64,000 nucleotides of DNA, from NCBI GenBank assembly GCA_963665095.1, contig OY762069.1, positions 4,800,001 to 4,864,000 of the forward strand, read 5' to 3'. This DNA comes from an uncultured Desulfobacter sp. GTDB taxonomy: Bacteria; Desulfobacterota; Desulfobacteria; Desulfobacterales; Desulfobacteraceae. Made by a program: the position numbers and the translations under genes. A model generated the notes under the pieces. It saw nothing but the letters and a program-made list of their open reading frames with translations, had not been told where the DNA came from and did no database searches. Positions 9,120 through 19,239 of the stretch are shown here, piece after piece. The stretch's first letter is position 1. Every line of letters begins with the position of its first letter.

Positions 9120-11324
9120 TCATTTGTGTCTGACCGAATCAAGCCACTTCCTGTACCGGACCATTCCGGCCAGGGCTTTGACGGCTCTTTCCGGTGAGGG
9201 GAAAAATACCCCCTTATAGTCCAGATCGTCATAACGGTAAAGAGTGCGGCTTAATTCATCGGTTAAAAGGCTGACACCCACCACAGGTTTACCGTATTTT
9301 TGCGTCATTTCAACGGCATACCGGGTATAATCCTCTTCCTCTTTGACAAGGCCTGCCGTGAACTGATCTGCCATCTCCGGGGTCACGCCGGGATCGGATT
9401 TCAGCACAGCTTTGGCCATGGCATTGACCAGGATACGTTTGCCGTGAATGCCCAGGTGAATGACAGCATCACATCCATCCCATTTTAAAAGCTCTTCCAG
9501 GCAGATTTTAGGGATTTCAATGTCTCCTTCTCCCACAAGGTCCACAGGATTTCCGTGGCTCCAGAAGGCTGGCAGGCAGGCGTCGAGCCGTTCAATAATC
9601 TCTTTGGACAGTTTTGGCAGCTCAAGCCCGTATTCTGCGCAAAGATCTGTGGCAACCACCCCCCATCCCCCGCCCAGGGTCATGATGGCCACACGTCCCC
9701 CTTTGGGCATGGGCAGGGATGAAAATACCGCGGAGAGATCCAGAAGCTCCATGGGCTGCTCCACCTGGATGATGCCGGCCTGGGCACATGCTGCATTAAA
9801 TACGCCTGCATCCGAGGCCATGGCACCGGTGTGGCTGGCGGCCGCTTTTTCGCCCTCCCGGGTTCTTCCCCCTTTGAGGACTACTACGGGTTTGTTTTTC
9901 GACAGCCTGGTTGCAGACTCAAAAAAACGGCGTCCGTTTTTTACGCTTTCAACGTACAACACCACGGTACGGGTCAGATCATCGAGTTCAAAGGCCTGCA
10001 TAAAATCTTCAACGGAGATCATGGCTTCATTGCCGGAACCTGCAAACCCCCGGATACCAATGCCCTGTTGCTCGGCAAAGGCCAGAAGCTGGGTGCCAAG
10101 ATTGCCGGACTGGGACACAAGTGCCGTGGATCCGGGCAATGGAAAGGCATTGGCCCCGGAAAAGTAAAGCGATGCATGGGGATTACAAAGTCCCATGGTA
10201 TTGGGACCGATGACCAGAATTCCGGCTTTGCGGGCTGCATCCATGACTTTGTCCTCAAGCTGTTTCCCCTGGGCCCCGACCTCCCTGAAACCGCTGGTGA
10301 TCAGCACCATGCCTTTAACATGTTTTCTTTCCAGCGCAGGGATCAGGTCCATCACCCTGCCTGCCGGCACGGTTACGACTGCTAAGTCCACATCGCCTGC
10401 GATGTCATCAATCTCCTTAAATACATCCCGGCCCATAATGGTTCCGCCCTTGGGGTTGACCAGAAAAATGTCTCCTTTGAATCCGCCGGCGAAAGCATTG
10501 GTGGGCAGCATATGTCCCCATTTGCCCGGTACGGCGGATGCCCCGACAAAGACAATGGTTTTGGGATGAAACGTTGTGTAAAGGGCGTTGATATCCAGCG
10601 GGTACTGCCGGCTGGTCTCCTTCTTACCGGAGGTTTCAAGAATCATCAACCCGTCAACCGCGACAGGAGAGCCGTCCGCACTGATAATCAGGGGGTTGAT
10701 GTCGATTTCCCTGATGCCCGGACAGGCCAGTGCCAGATCCGACAGACCCCGGAGAACGGATTTAAGTTCATTTCTGTTCACCTCCGGCTCTCCCCTGAAA
10801 GGGCCTAAAAGGGCCTGGGCGTTCAGGTTGTCGAGCATGTCATCAAGGTCTGTTTCCGACAGGGGCGATAGCCTGAAAACCATGTCTTTCAGGGCTTCCG
10901 TGAGCACACCACCCACCCCGAACATGATCACCGGTCCAAACTGGGCATCCCTGAACATGCCGGCGGTAAACTCCCTGCGGCCCTGGATCATGGACTGAAC
11001 CAGGAACGCCTCAAAATTTTCACCGGCCCGTGACAGCATCTCCTGGGCCGCGTCCTTAAGCTGCCCCTGATTGGCGATGCCCACGCGCACCATGCCAGCC
11101 TCGGATTTATGCAGCATCTCTTTGGCAATACCTTTGAGTACAACAGGATAGCCAAGCGCTTCGCCTGCAACAGGAAGATCTTCGATTTTGTTCACCTGCC
11201 GTTCTGTTACCACAGGCATGCCGATTTTTTTGAAGATTTCCTTTGCCTGATCTTCGTTCAGACTGGTCAGACCGCGCTTGATAAAGGTGTCAATGGCCGC
11301 TGTGATCTCTTTGATCTGTGTCAT
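9120..11324 (-). CDS. ADP-forming acyl-CoA synthetase (ATP-grasp N-terminal, CoA-binding/ligase C-terminal)
   Basis: HKSEAGMV, FGPVIMFGVGG, EIDINPL, VGAS, GPNTMG, SQSG, AASHTG phospho-His motif. Confidence 0.92.
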   Translation of the reverse strand: MTQIKEITAAIDTFIKRGLTSLNEDQAKEIFKKIGMPVVTERQVNKIEDLPVAGEALGYPVVLKGIAKEMLHKSEAGMVRVGIANQGQLKDAAQEMLSRAGENFEAFLVQSMIQGRREFTAGMFRDAQFGPVIMFGVGGVLTEALKDMVFRLSPLSETDLDDMLDNLNAQALLGPFRGEPEVNRNELKSVLRGLSDLALACPGIREIDINPLIISADGSPVAVDGLMILETSGKKETSRQYPLDINALYTTFHPKTIVFVGASAVPGKWGHMLPTNAFAGGFKGDIFLVNPKGGTIMGRDVFKEIDDIAGDVDLAVVTVPAGRVMDLIPALERKHVKGMVLITSGFREVGAQGKQLEDKVMDAARKAGILVIGPNTMGLCNPHASLYFSGANAFPLPGSTALVSQSGNLGTQLLAFAEQQGIGIRGFAGSGNEAMISVEDFMQAFELDDLTRTVVLYVESVKNGRRFFESATRLSKNKPVVVLKGGRTREGEKAAASHTGAMASDAGVFNAACAQAGIIQVEQPMELLDLSAVFSSLPMPKGGRVAIMTLGGGWGVVATDLCAEYGLELPKLSKEIIERLDACLPAFWSHGNPVDLVGEGDIEIPKICLEELLKWDGCDAVIHLGIHGKRILVNAMAKAVLKSDPGVTPEMADQFTAGLVKEEEDYTRYAVEMTQKYGKPVVGVSLLTDELSRTLYRYDDLDYKGVFFPSPERAVKALAGMVRYRKWLDSVRHK

Positions 11325-11914
11325 GGTTTCACTCCGTTGAAAATGATGTCTGAAATACCACTGGCTGTTTTGTCAATGTCAAGGGTCTTGCCGAATATCA
11401 CCTCCCCGAGGCAGGCGTGTTCAATGGCCCCGAGAATTACCTTTCGCAACAGATACGGGTCTGTGCCGGCTGCGATTTCTCCTGAATCAACTCCCTTTTG
11501 GATTACATCAAGAATGGTGCGCGCATAGATTTGTACCATGGAATAGGCGTCTGAATCATAAAATGCCGGGGCGTTTCTCACCTCAAGAAGGAGAATTTTC
11601 GAAAAAAGCCGGTTTTCCGCATATCCTTTAAGGCTGGCATGGATGATCACATCGAGCTTTGCCATGGCTGAGGTTGCCTGCATCATCCGGGTCTCTATTT
11701 TTTCCTGAAAGTCCTGAAAATGTGCATTAAGCACCTGGTAGAGCAGGTCTTTTTTATCTTTAAAGTATTTGTAAATCAGCCCTTCCGTGACGTCGGCATT
11801 CCTGGCGATCTGGGCAGTGGTGATGGAATGGAAATCTTTTTCACGCATGAGCTTAGAAAAGGATGCCATTATTTTTATCCGTCCTGGCGGGGAGGTTTTT
11901 TCTTTTTTTTCCAT
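11321..11914 (-). CDS. TetR/AcrR family transcriptional regulator
   Basis: TAQIARNADVTEGLIYKYFKDKKDL helix-turn-helix. Confidence 0.95.
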   Translation of the reverse strand: MEKKEKTSPPGRIKIMASFSKLMREKDFHSITTAQIARNADVTEGLIYKYFKDKKDLLYQVLNAHFQDFQEKIETRMMQATSAMAKLDVIIHASLKGYAENRLFSKILLLEVRNAPAFYDSDAYSMVQIYARTILDVIQKGVDSGEIAAGTDPYLLRKVILGAIEHACLGEVIFGKTLDIDKTASGISDIIFNGVKP

Positions 11915-11960
11915 GGCTAACGGCCTGTTTTATTCTCTGTTATGTGGATCTAAAAGCAAG

Positions 11961-11997
11961 GTGAGTAAAACTTACTCACAAAATAGAGGCCTGTCAA
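11961..11997 (-). promoter_or_regulatory. sigma70 promoter (TTGACA-N17-TAAGTT) overlapped by palindromic operator GTGAGTAA-AAC-TTACTCAC
   Basis: Perfect 8-bp inverted repeat at 11961-11979 covering the -10 box, just upstream of the tetR-acyl-CoA synthetase operon. Confidence 0.75.
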
Positions 11998-12180
11998 CAA
12001 GAAAGCATGGACTTGTGCCAATAACGCCCTCATCCGTTGTATTGTCGTTTCACAACCTTAATTTCCCTGTCTGTCACTCCTGAATTGCCGGGGGGATAAA
12101 AAACGTTGTATGTAACCGTTATTCAGCCGGAACCGGTCCGCTGTAAAAAACAGGTATAGCAGAATCACAGGAGCCAGGAG

Positions 12181-12621
12181 ATGATACGTTTTATTATTGG
12201 AGTCATCGTTTTTTGCAATACTTTTTCAGGCGGCTGTGATGCCGCATTTGCCGCATCGGAAACAGCGGTACTTGAAATCTGTGTCACAGGGTTTGAAAAT
12301 ACCAACGGCGTTGTTTGGGTGTCATTGCACAATTCAAGAAAAAGCTTTGAATCAGATGGTGATTATTTTATGGGCGTTAAGTTAAAGGTCGCCGCCAGTC
12401 AAGTGATACATTCAGTGATGGTTCCATACGGGGAGTATGCAATTAAAGTGTACCACGATGAAAATGCAAACAATGAACTGGATACCCGCATATTTGGTAT
12501 CCCTGCCGAGCGGTATGGCTTTTCCAATAATGTTCGGGGGCGATTCGGCGCGCCTGCCTATGAAAAGGCCCGGTTTATTGTCAGTTCACCCACATGTCAC
12601 ACCCGTATCGAGATAAAATAG
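12181..12621 (+). CDS. DUF2141 family secreted protein
   Basis: Signal peptide; GEYAIKVYHDENANNELD..FGIPAERYGFSNN. Confidence 0.88.
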   Translation: MIRFIIGVIVFCNTFSGGCDAAFAASETAVLEICVTGFENTNGVVWVSLHNSRKSFESDGDYFMGVKLKVAASQVIHSVMVPYGEYAIKVYHDENANNELDTRIFGIPAERYGFSNNVRGRFGAPAYEKARFIVSSPTCHTRIEIK

Positions 12622-12721
12622 GAGATGACAGTCATGTCTGATCTATCGTAAATTATAACAGAAATCTCATTTATTTATGTTAGGCTAAGCCGTTACGGAG
12701 AATAGTTTAAGGAGATCTGCT

Positions 12722-13552
12722 TTGCTCATTGATACCCGGATGGACTGCCACATGCACTCCACCTTTTCCGACGGCAGTGCCACCATTGACCAGATGGCAG
12801 GGGCTGCCATTGAAAAGGGACTTTCCACCATAGTCATTACCGATCATATGCCCCTTGATTTTCCCACCCGGTATGCCATGGATCCAGGTAAAATTTCAGC
12901 ATACCGGGAGGAAATCAAGAAAACGGCCCAGGCACGGAAACAGGCGCTTACCGTCCTGTCAGGAATGGAGATGGAGTTTATTCCGGGGCAAGAAAAATGG
13001 ATAGAGGAAATAAAAGATCTGGGGTGGGACATGCTGCTGATATCTGTCCATGAAATTGTCACGGACAAAGGCCAGTTTCTGATCAACGGCCGGGAAGATG
13101 AATTTAAGCAGACACTTAAGACCGCGTTTGCCAATGATTTTCAGGCATTTTGCCGGGAGTATTACGCCATTTTTCAACAGGCAGCCAAAACAGGATGGTT
13201 TGATACTGTGGGGCACCTGGACGTACTTAAAAAACACAACCTGGATAACCGTTATTTTGATGAAAATCAGGACTGGTACCGGGAGCTGGTCCATGACACC
13301 CTTGATACTATTTCAGCGGCCGGTATGAAAATGGAGATCAATACAAATGGACTGCACCATCCGGCTAAAGCGCCTTATCCCTCCTGGTGGATCATCCGGG
13401 ATGCCATGAAAAAAGGCATTCCTCTGGTGCTGGGGTCGGATGCCCATTACCCGAAGTTCCAGGGGCAGTATTTTAATCAGGTGGCCCGGAAAATACATTC
13501 CGCCGAATCTCATCAAAAATCGTCTCGATATTCAGAAACGTATCGACTATAA
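12722..13552 (+). CDS. PHP-family histidinol-phosphatase (HisJ/HisK-like)
   Basis: DCHMHSTFSDG, ITDH, GMEME, SVH, GHLD, EINT, GSDAH. Confidence 0.88.
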   Translation: MLIDTRMDCHMHSTFSDGSATIDQMAGAAIEKGLSTIVITDHMPLDFPTRYAMDPGKISAYREEIKKTAQARKQALTVLSGMEMEFIPGQEKWIEEIKDLGWDMLLISVHEIVTDKGQFLINGREDEFKQTLKTAFANDFQAFCREYYAIFQQAAKTGWFDTVGHLDVLKKHNLDNRYFDENQDWYRELVHDTLDTISAAGMKMEINTNGLHHPAKAPYPSWWIIRDAMKKGIPLVLGSDAHYPKFQGQYFNQVARKIHSAESHQKSSRYSETYRL

Positions 13553-15482
13553 CAGGGTCAAAATGGCTTCCCCTGCCTTCAATGATGATGGCTTTGGCTT
13601 TGTCATGGGAGAATCTTTTTTTGTATGGCCGTTCCGACGTCAGGGCATCGTACACATCGGCAAGGGCGACAATGCGGGCAGAAAGGGGAATGTCCTTTCC
13701 TTTCAGTTTTTTGGGATATCCGCTGCCGTCCCATTTTTCATGGTGGTGATACGCGATCTCCTTGCCCAGGGTCAAAAAGGACTGGATATGCATTTTTGAC
13801 TCCACATTCTGTAGCGCATCCCCGCCGATCAGCGTGTGGCGCTGGATGATTTTAAACTCCTCCGGGGTCAGTTTTCCGGGCTTCAGCAGAATTGAATCCG
13901 GAACACCCACCTTTCCGATATCATGCAGTATGGATGAGTCAAAAAGGTCTTTAATGTAGGCGTCTGTAATATATCCCTTGTACTTGGATAGCCGGGCCAG
14001 TTCCCTGGCCAGAATCCGGCTGTACTCCCTGATACGTTCCAGGTGAGCCCCTGTGTCTTCATCTCTGTATTCCGCAAGTTTGGCCAGGCCCAGAATAATG
14101 GCCAGGCGTGACCGTCCGAATTGCTCATGGCTTTTAATCAGGTTCTTTTCCAGTTTTTTCCGTTCGGCTATTTCATGCCGATAGGCGGTATTTGTTTTTT
14201 CCAGTTCTCTGGTCTGCCGGTCCGCTGTCTCAAAAGCCCTGGTAAATCGAAGCGCCAGAAGAAACGCCTGGGACAGAAGGAATCCCAGTAACCCCAACGG
14301 CAGATAGAAGCTGGTATAAACAAGTTGATTGGCATGCAGCACATCATTGATCACAGCCGCAAACATAAAAAGGAAACCGGATAAAAGAATGAGAGACCCC
14401 TGTCTTTTATGAACAACAGCCTTTATAAGAATAAAAACAGCGTAGATTCCGGTAACTGCGGTAACCGCCTGGTATGCCTGAACAGAATAGGAATACACAG
14501 TGGCCGGTGTTAAAATGACAAACATGCAGAATCCGGTTCCCAGTACCTGCACAATCCGCAAAACAGGCTTATAAACATCTTTGGGGAAAATTGAGTGAAG
14601 GTACATGTTGAACAAAGGCAGTCCGGCATAAAATCCCAAATACTCCAGTCTGCTGATAAAAGACCAGGGGACATTGCCAAGCACCTGGAATATCGCCATC
14701 TCCCCGGTAACCAGCGTACGGACGGCAACCGCCAGGCAGAATAACCCAAAGTCCAGGGAAGCCTTGTCATTTCTTCCGTGCAAAAAAAGGCTGAGATGAT
14801 ACAGCCCCATAATAAAAATTGTGCTGAACAGGAACAGGTCAAATGCCAGTCCCCGCTGCCGTTCTTCCCGGATTTTTTTTTCTGTTCCCAGTTGCATCAC
14901 TTCCCATATTCCCCCCTTTTTGTGGTGGTAATTGGAGACCTGGACAAGTAGTTCTATTTCAGATCCGGTCTGTGTGAAATCAGCAATTAATGGTCTGGAT
15001 GCAGGCTTTGAGTCTTTGGGAGTTTTTCCCGGGTTACCAGCGCAAAGGACTAACTTTTGATTTATATAAAGTTTATACGCAGTGAGAATATTGCCCACTT
15101 TTACTGCAAGCTCTTCGTTTGCTGGCGGGAGGAGTATTCTTAAACGAAATGCGGCATGGCCCTGTCCGGATACAGGTGTCCCATCCACAACATATCCGTT
15201 CCAGCACCCTGGAATTTTTATAAACCCGGTCTGGTCGGCATATTCGTTAGACGTGGGAACGTTCGGGTCAAGGAAAGTGTTCCAGTAAAAAGCCCACTCT
15301 CCAGCCAGATTCACAGTTCCGTCCCGTTTAAAGTCCCAATGTTGGAGATCAAGAACCCCTTCCTTTGCCAAAGGGCTCCTGTGGTGTGACCCGGCATTTA
15401 TGGCGGGTATGGATACAAATCCAAAGAGAGAGACCAGAAGAAATAGTAGCGGGAATCGCGTTATCCCCGATATCGCCTGCAT
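13473..15482 (-). CDS. 7TM-DISM sensor / HD-GYP c-di-GMP phosphodiesterase
   Basis: LAGEWAFYW extracellular domain, ~7 TM helices, AEYRDEDTGAH, LHDIGK, HHEKWDGSGYP, ADVYDALTSERPYK. Confidence 0.92.
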   Translation of the reverse strand: MQAISGITRFPLLFLLVSLFGFVSIPAINAGSHHRSPLAKEGVLDLQHWDFKRDGTVNLAGEWAFYWNTFLDPNVPTSNEYADQTGFIKIPGCWNGYVVDGTPVSGQGHAAFRLRILLPPANEELAVKVGNILTAYKLYINQKLVLCAGNPGKTPKDSKPASRPLIADFTQTGSEIELLVQVSNYHHKKGGIWEVMQLGTEKKIREERQRGLAFDLFLFSTIFIMGLYHLSLFLHGRNDKASLDFGLFCLAVAVRTLVTGEMAIFQVLGNVPWSFISRLEYLGFYAGLPLFNMYLHSIFPKDVYKPVLRIVQVLGTGFCMFVILTPATVYSYSVQAYQAVTAVTGIYAVFILIKAVVHKRQGSLILLSGFLFMFAAVINDVLHANQLVYTSFYLPLGLLGFLLSQAFLLALRFTRAFETADRQTRELEKTNTAYRHEIAERKKLEKNLIKSHEQFGRSRLAIILGLAKLAEYRDEDTGAHLERIREYSRILARELARLSKYKGYITDAYIKDLFDSSILHDIGKVGVPDSILLKPGKLTPEEFKIIQRHTLIGGDALQNVESKMHIQSFLTLGKEIAYHHHEKWDGSGYPKKLKGKDIPLSARIVALADVYDALTSERPYKKRFSHDKAKAIIIEGRGSHFDPVIVDTFLNIETIFDEIRRNVFSGPPD

Positions 15483-15557
15483 TGATATATTTTCACCCCG
15501 TAATGAGATATGGAATGGTCAATCTTGGCAGGAATTGACTGGAATGGCAATAATAAA

Positions 15558-16328
15558 TTAGGCGTCCCTTGTGGGGACCATATTTTCAAAATATCTGAAC
15601 AGCAGTACCAGGACGCCTGTCAGACACAGATAAATCAATGCCAGCAGCAGCATGGGTTCATACACGATATAGGTCTCCTGTCGGATTTTGGAGATCACGG
15701 CATAAACATCCACCACCGTGATTGTGGCCACAAGCGGTGTTGATTTCAGCTGCAGCACCACCTCCCCGCCCAGGGTTGGCAGGGCACGATGCAGGGCACG
15801 GGGAAGCCAGATTCTTCGCAGTACGGTGAACCGGCTCATGCCGTATGCATGGGCCGCCTCGATCTCTCCATGGGGAACGCCTGCAAATGCACCGCGCATG
15901 ACTTCCCCTTCATATCCGGCAAAAGACATGGTTAAAGCCAGCAGGCCATAGGGCCAGGCCTCCCTGAGGTAGGGCCATAAAAAGGAGCTGCGGATTTCAG
16001 GGATCTGGGGGAACAAAGAGCCCACGCCGAAGTAAATCATCCACAGCTGAAGCAGCAGGGGCGTTCCCCGGATAATGGTACAGAAAACCTTGCTGATTTG
16101 TGCCAGTGGTTTGGGACCTGTGACCTGGAACAGCCCAAGGGGGATGGCAAACAGGATGCCAAGAATACAGGAGGAAACCAGCATCACCAAAGTGATCCAT
16201 ACGCCGGAAAAGAGCTCTCCGTAATACCTGGGCAGCCACTCCCATCGCATGTTTACAGCAATGAGAATAACCAGGAATGCCGCAATGGCCATCAAAAGAA
16301 TACGGTGTGGCTTTAAAAACTGCTTCAT
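15558..16328 (-). CDS. Polar amino-acid ABC permease (HisM-like)
   Basis: IIRGTPLLLQL and EAA loop GEIEAAHAYGMS. Confidence 0.92.
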   Translation of the reverse strand: MKQFLKPHRILLMAIAAFLVILIAVNMRWEWLPRYYGELFSGVWITLVMLVSSCILGILFAIPLGLFQVTGPKPLAQISKVFCTIIRGTPLLLQLWMIYFGVGSLFPQIPEIRSSFLWPYLREAWPYGLLALTMSFAGYEGEVMRGAFAGVPHGEIEAAHAYGMSRFTVLRRIWLPRALHRALPTLGGEVVLQLKSTPLVATITVVDVYAVISKIRQETYIVYEPMLLLALIYLCLTGVLVLLFRYFENMVPTRDA

Positions 16329-16332
16329 GGTC

Positions 16333-17043
16333 TTACCCCACATCAGGCATGCCCTTACAGGCGTGCCGCTCTAACATTCGTATGCCGATATTGGACAGCA
16401 GGGTGATGATAAGATAAAGAATCCCGGCTGCAGTGAAAAACAGAAAATAGGCTTTGGTTGCCCCTCCGGCCTGGCGGGTGGCAAGGGTCAGTTCAGTAAA
16501 TCCAACAACGGCCAGAAGTGCCGTGTCTTTTGTTGCAATAAGCCAGAGGTTGGAGAGCCCGGGAATGGCATGGGGCAGCATGGCCGGCAGGGTAATGCGC
16601 CTGAGCAGCAGACCGGTTCCCATGCCATAGGCCCGGCCTGCCTCAATCTGTCCCGGGTTGACAGCGTTAATCGCCCCCCGGATGACCTCTGTGGAATATG
16701 CCCCCTGGACCACACCAATTACAGCGATTCCAGCCACAAATCCGTTAATATCGACTGGCCGCGAACCAAAAAAGACCAGGAGGCGGTTTAACACATCTGA
16801 GCCGGCATAAAATAAAAGGACGATCAGAACCAGTTCGGGTATGGCCCGGATCATGGTGGTATACACCTCCAGAATATCCCGTATGACAACCCCGCCGTAC
16901 AGCTTTCCAAAGGCGCCGCCGATACCGATCAGCAGGCCTACAAAATATCCTCCAAAGGCAACGGTTACTGACATGAACAAGCCTTTGAGCAGCAGGCCTC
17001 CCCATCCGGGGGGGGACAATGCAAGCAGTTCCAGGGCAGTCAT
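16333..17043 (-). CDS. Polar amino-acid ABC permease (HisQ-like)
   Basis: YTTMIRAIPEL, GQIEAGRAYGM. Confidence 0.92.
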   Translation of the reverse strand: MTALELLALSPPGWGGLLLKGLFMSVTVAFGGYFVGLLIGIGGAFGKLYGGVVIRDILEVYTTMIRAIPELVLIVLLFYAGSDVLNRLLVFFGSRPVDINGFVAGIAVIGVVQGAYSTEVIRGAINAVNPGQIEAGRAYGMGTGLLLRRITLPAMLPHAIPGLSNLWLIATKDTALLAVVGFTELTLATRQAGGATKAYFLFFTAAGILYLIITLLSNIGIRMLERHACKGMPDVG

Positions 17044-17093
17044 AGGATAAAATGCCTCCTCATTCTTGGTTTACAAAATGGCGTATGGAAATA

Positions 17094-17174
17094 AAAAGGG
17101 ACTTAGGCCGGACATTTCACATCGTGTTCTGCTCTAATGATCATGGAATATCCGGTGGTGCATAAGTCCCTTTT
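17094..17174. repeat. Intergenic palindromic element with CCGGACATTTCA...TGGAATATCCGG core
   Basis: Outer arms AAAAGGGACTTA/TAAGTCCCTTTT; inner arms shared with element at 28642-28695. Confidence 0.7.
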
Positions 17175-17199
17175 GCTGGTCTGTGGCAATATTTAAATT

Positions 17200-17982
17200 T
17201 TAATCGCCGTATACGTCCACTTTAAAATATTTTTTGGTGATTTTCTGGTATTGTCCGCTGGCACGGATGGCTTTGATGGCGGCATTGATTCTGGCTTTAA
17301 GTGCATCATTGCCTTTCCGCATGCCAACTCCCACGCCCCGGCCCAAAACGGCTGGATCGGCAGCAGCAGAGCCTTTCAGGTCACAGTATGCCTTGCCATC
17401 TTCGGTTTCCAGAAATTCAATCATGGCCAGGGAATCTGCCTGAGTGGCGTCAATACGGCCGGCTATCAGATCCTGGTTGGCCTCATCCTGGGTCTGATAG
17501 GTTTTGATTTTGGACTTGGCATAATGCTTGGTGGCATAGGCTGCATGGGTGGTTGCGACCTGAACCCCAATGATCTTGCCTTTAAGCCCTTCAGGCGTGG
17601 TATCAAATTTCATGTTTTTGTTGCCCACCACATAGGCTGGTGTCTGAAAATATTTTTCCGAGAAATCAATGGTTTTTAATCTCTCTTCCGTGATGGACAT
17701 GGAACCGATAATCAGATCCACTTTTTTTGATACCAGGGCAGGGATAATTCCGTCCCAGGCAGTTGGTGCCAGTTCGTAATCCAGCCCTGCGGCGGTACAG
17801 ATGGCATCAATAATTTCAATTTCCCAGCCGGTCCATTTGCCGGAGGCATCCGGTACGGTGAACGGCGGGTAAGGTTCAGCTCCGAACGCGACCCTGACTT
17901 TTTCCGCAGACGCCACACCGGCACTCAGGGTGACCATCAACGCAACCAAAAACAATCTTTTCAATAATTGAGCCATTTCCAT
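17200..17982 (-). CDS. Polar amino-acid ABC substrate-binding protein (family 3)
   Basis: Signal peptide; YPPF, WDGIIPAL, SMSITEER, DLIAGRIDA. Confidence 0.94.
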   Translation of the reverse strand: MEMAQLLKRLFLVALMVTLSAGVASAEKVRVAFGAEPYPPFTVPDASGKWTGWEIEIIDAICTAAGLDYELAPTAWDGIIPALVSKKVDLIIGSMSITEERLKTIDFSEKYFQTPAYVVGNKNMKFDTTPEGLKGKIIGVQVATTHAAYATKHYAKSKIKTYQTQDEANQDLIAGRIDATQADSLAMIEFLETEDGKAYCDLKGSAAADPAVLGRGVGVGMRKGNDALKARINAAIKAIRASGQYQKITKKYFKVDVYGD

Positions 17983-18017
17983 CTCCTTTTTAAAATATGG
18001 TGATTATTTAAGTCCGG

Positions 18018-18803
18018 TTATCCAATGGAACAGATAAACCGCTTTAAGTGCTCGGATTCAGGAGATCCAAAAATAGCTTCGGGCTCTCCTTCTTCTTCTA
18101 TAATGCCGTTGTGCAGAAAGACGATGCGGTTGGCCACTTCCCTGGCAAATTTCATCTCATGGGTGACCAGAAGCATGGTGCGGCCTTCTTCGGCAAGATC
18201 CCTGATGACCGAGAGAACCTCGCCGATCAGCTCAGGATCAAGCGCGGATGTGGGTTCGTCAAACAGCATTACCTCCGGTTCAATGGCCAGAGCCCGTGCA
18301 ATGGCAGCCCGCTGCTGCTGTCCTCCGGAAAGAAAGGCAGGATAGGTATCCCGTTTTTCGAATAAACCAACCCGTTTGAGCAGGGAATCCGCCATCACTA
18401 TTGCTTCGTCCTTTGATTTGCCCAGGACATGGACCGGCACCTCAATGACGTTTTCCAGCAGGTTCATATGCTGCCATAAATTAAAACTCTGGAACACCAT
18501 GGCCAGCCGGGTCCGGATTCGGCGGATCTGGTTCTGATTGGCCGGTTTTAACCCGCCCTTACCGTCATTTTTCATTTCGATCAGCTCGCCATGAACTTTA
18601 ACAGCACCGCTGGTGGGTGTTTCCAGCATGTTGATGCACCTGAGCATGGTTGATTTTCCAGATCCGCTGCCGCCGATGATGGCAATTACATCACCCTGAC
18701 AGGCTGTAAGGGAAATCCCTTTTAACACGCCAAACTGCCCAAAAGACTTATGAAGGTCGGTGACTTCAATTACTTTTGTTGAATTGCCTGCTGATTGTGC
18801 CAT
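18018..18803 (-). CDS. Polar amino-acid ABC ATPase (HisP-like)
   Basis: GGSGSGKST, LSGGQQQR, FDEPTSALDPEL. Confidence 0.95.
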   Translation of the reverse strand: MAQSAGNSTKVIEVTDLHKSFGQFGVLKGISLTACQGDVIAIIGGSGSGKSTMLRCINMLETPTSGAVKVHGELIEMKNDGKGGLKPANQNQIRRIRTRLAMVFQSFNLWQHMNLLENVIEVPVHVLGKSKDEAIVMADSLLKRVGLFEKRDTYPAFLSGGQQQRAAIARALAIEPEVMLFDEPTSALDPELIGEVLSVIRDLAEEGRTMLLVTHEMKFAREVANRIVFLHNGIIEEEGEPEAIFGSPESEHLKRFICSIG

Positions 18804-19003
18804 GGGCTCCTTTCTGTATTGTTCAACACTTTTTGATCAACAATGCTAATAAGTACAAAAATACTCTGATAGGAGTAGGATGGTAGACTCTTTTTGTCAA
18901 GAAAAGTATGAACATTTATTACAAAAAATGTTTCTTTTCATTTGATGGTCGAGCAACTGACACAAAAAGACGCCTTTGGAATTTTTTGCTTTAAACTGAA
19001 GTT

Positions 19004-19104
19004 TGATGGCTCCGTAAAAAGTCGAAAAGGCGAAACTGATATTTATAAATTCAGTATGTTATATCAAAAAATTTGCGAAAATAGGACTTTTTACGAGTGC
19101 ATCA
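19004..19104. mobile_element. ~100 bp MITE-like element with terminal inverted repeats
   Basis: TGATGGCTCCGTAAAAAGTC ... GACTTTTTACGAGTGCATCA ends around an AT-rich non-coding core. Confidence 0.65.
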
Positions 19105-19186
19105 GGTTTAGCTGTGGCGGATTCTTGCAAACTATGACAAGGGCGTCTGGTAACAGGTTCCAGCCTGGACGAAACCCCCGCGTTTG

Positions 19187-19239
19187 GTGTTTGAACGGCT
19201 CGAAGAGGGGTATGCGCCCCGCTTCGAGCCGTTCAAATA
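19187..19239. repeat. Hairpin / minimal member of the GTGTTTG(A/G)ACG element family; may terminate the leftward island operon
   Basis: Perfect 16-bp arms TTTGAACGGCTCGAAG / CTTCGAGCCGTTCAAA directly after the stop at 19240. Confidence 0.75.
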
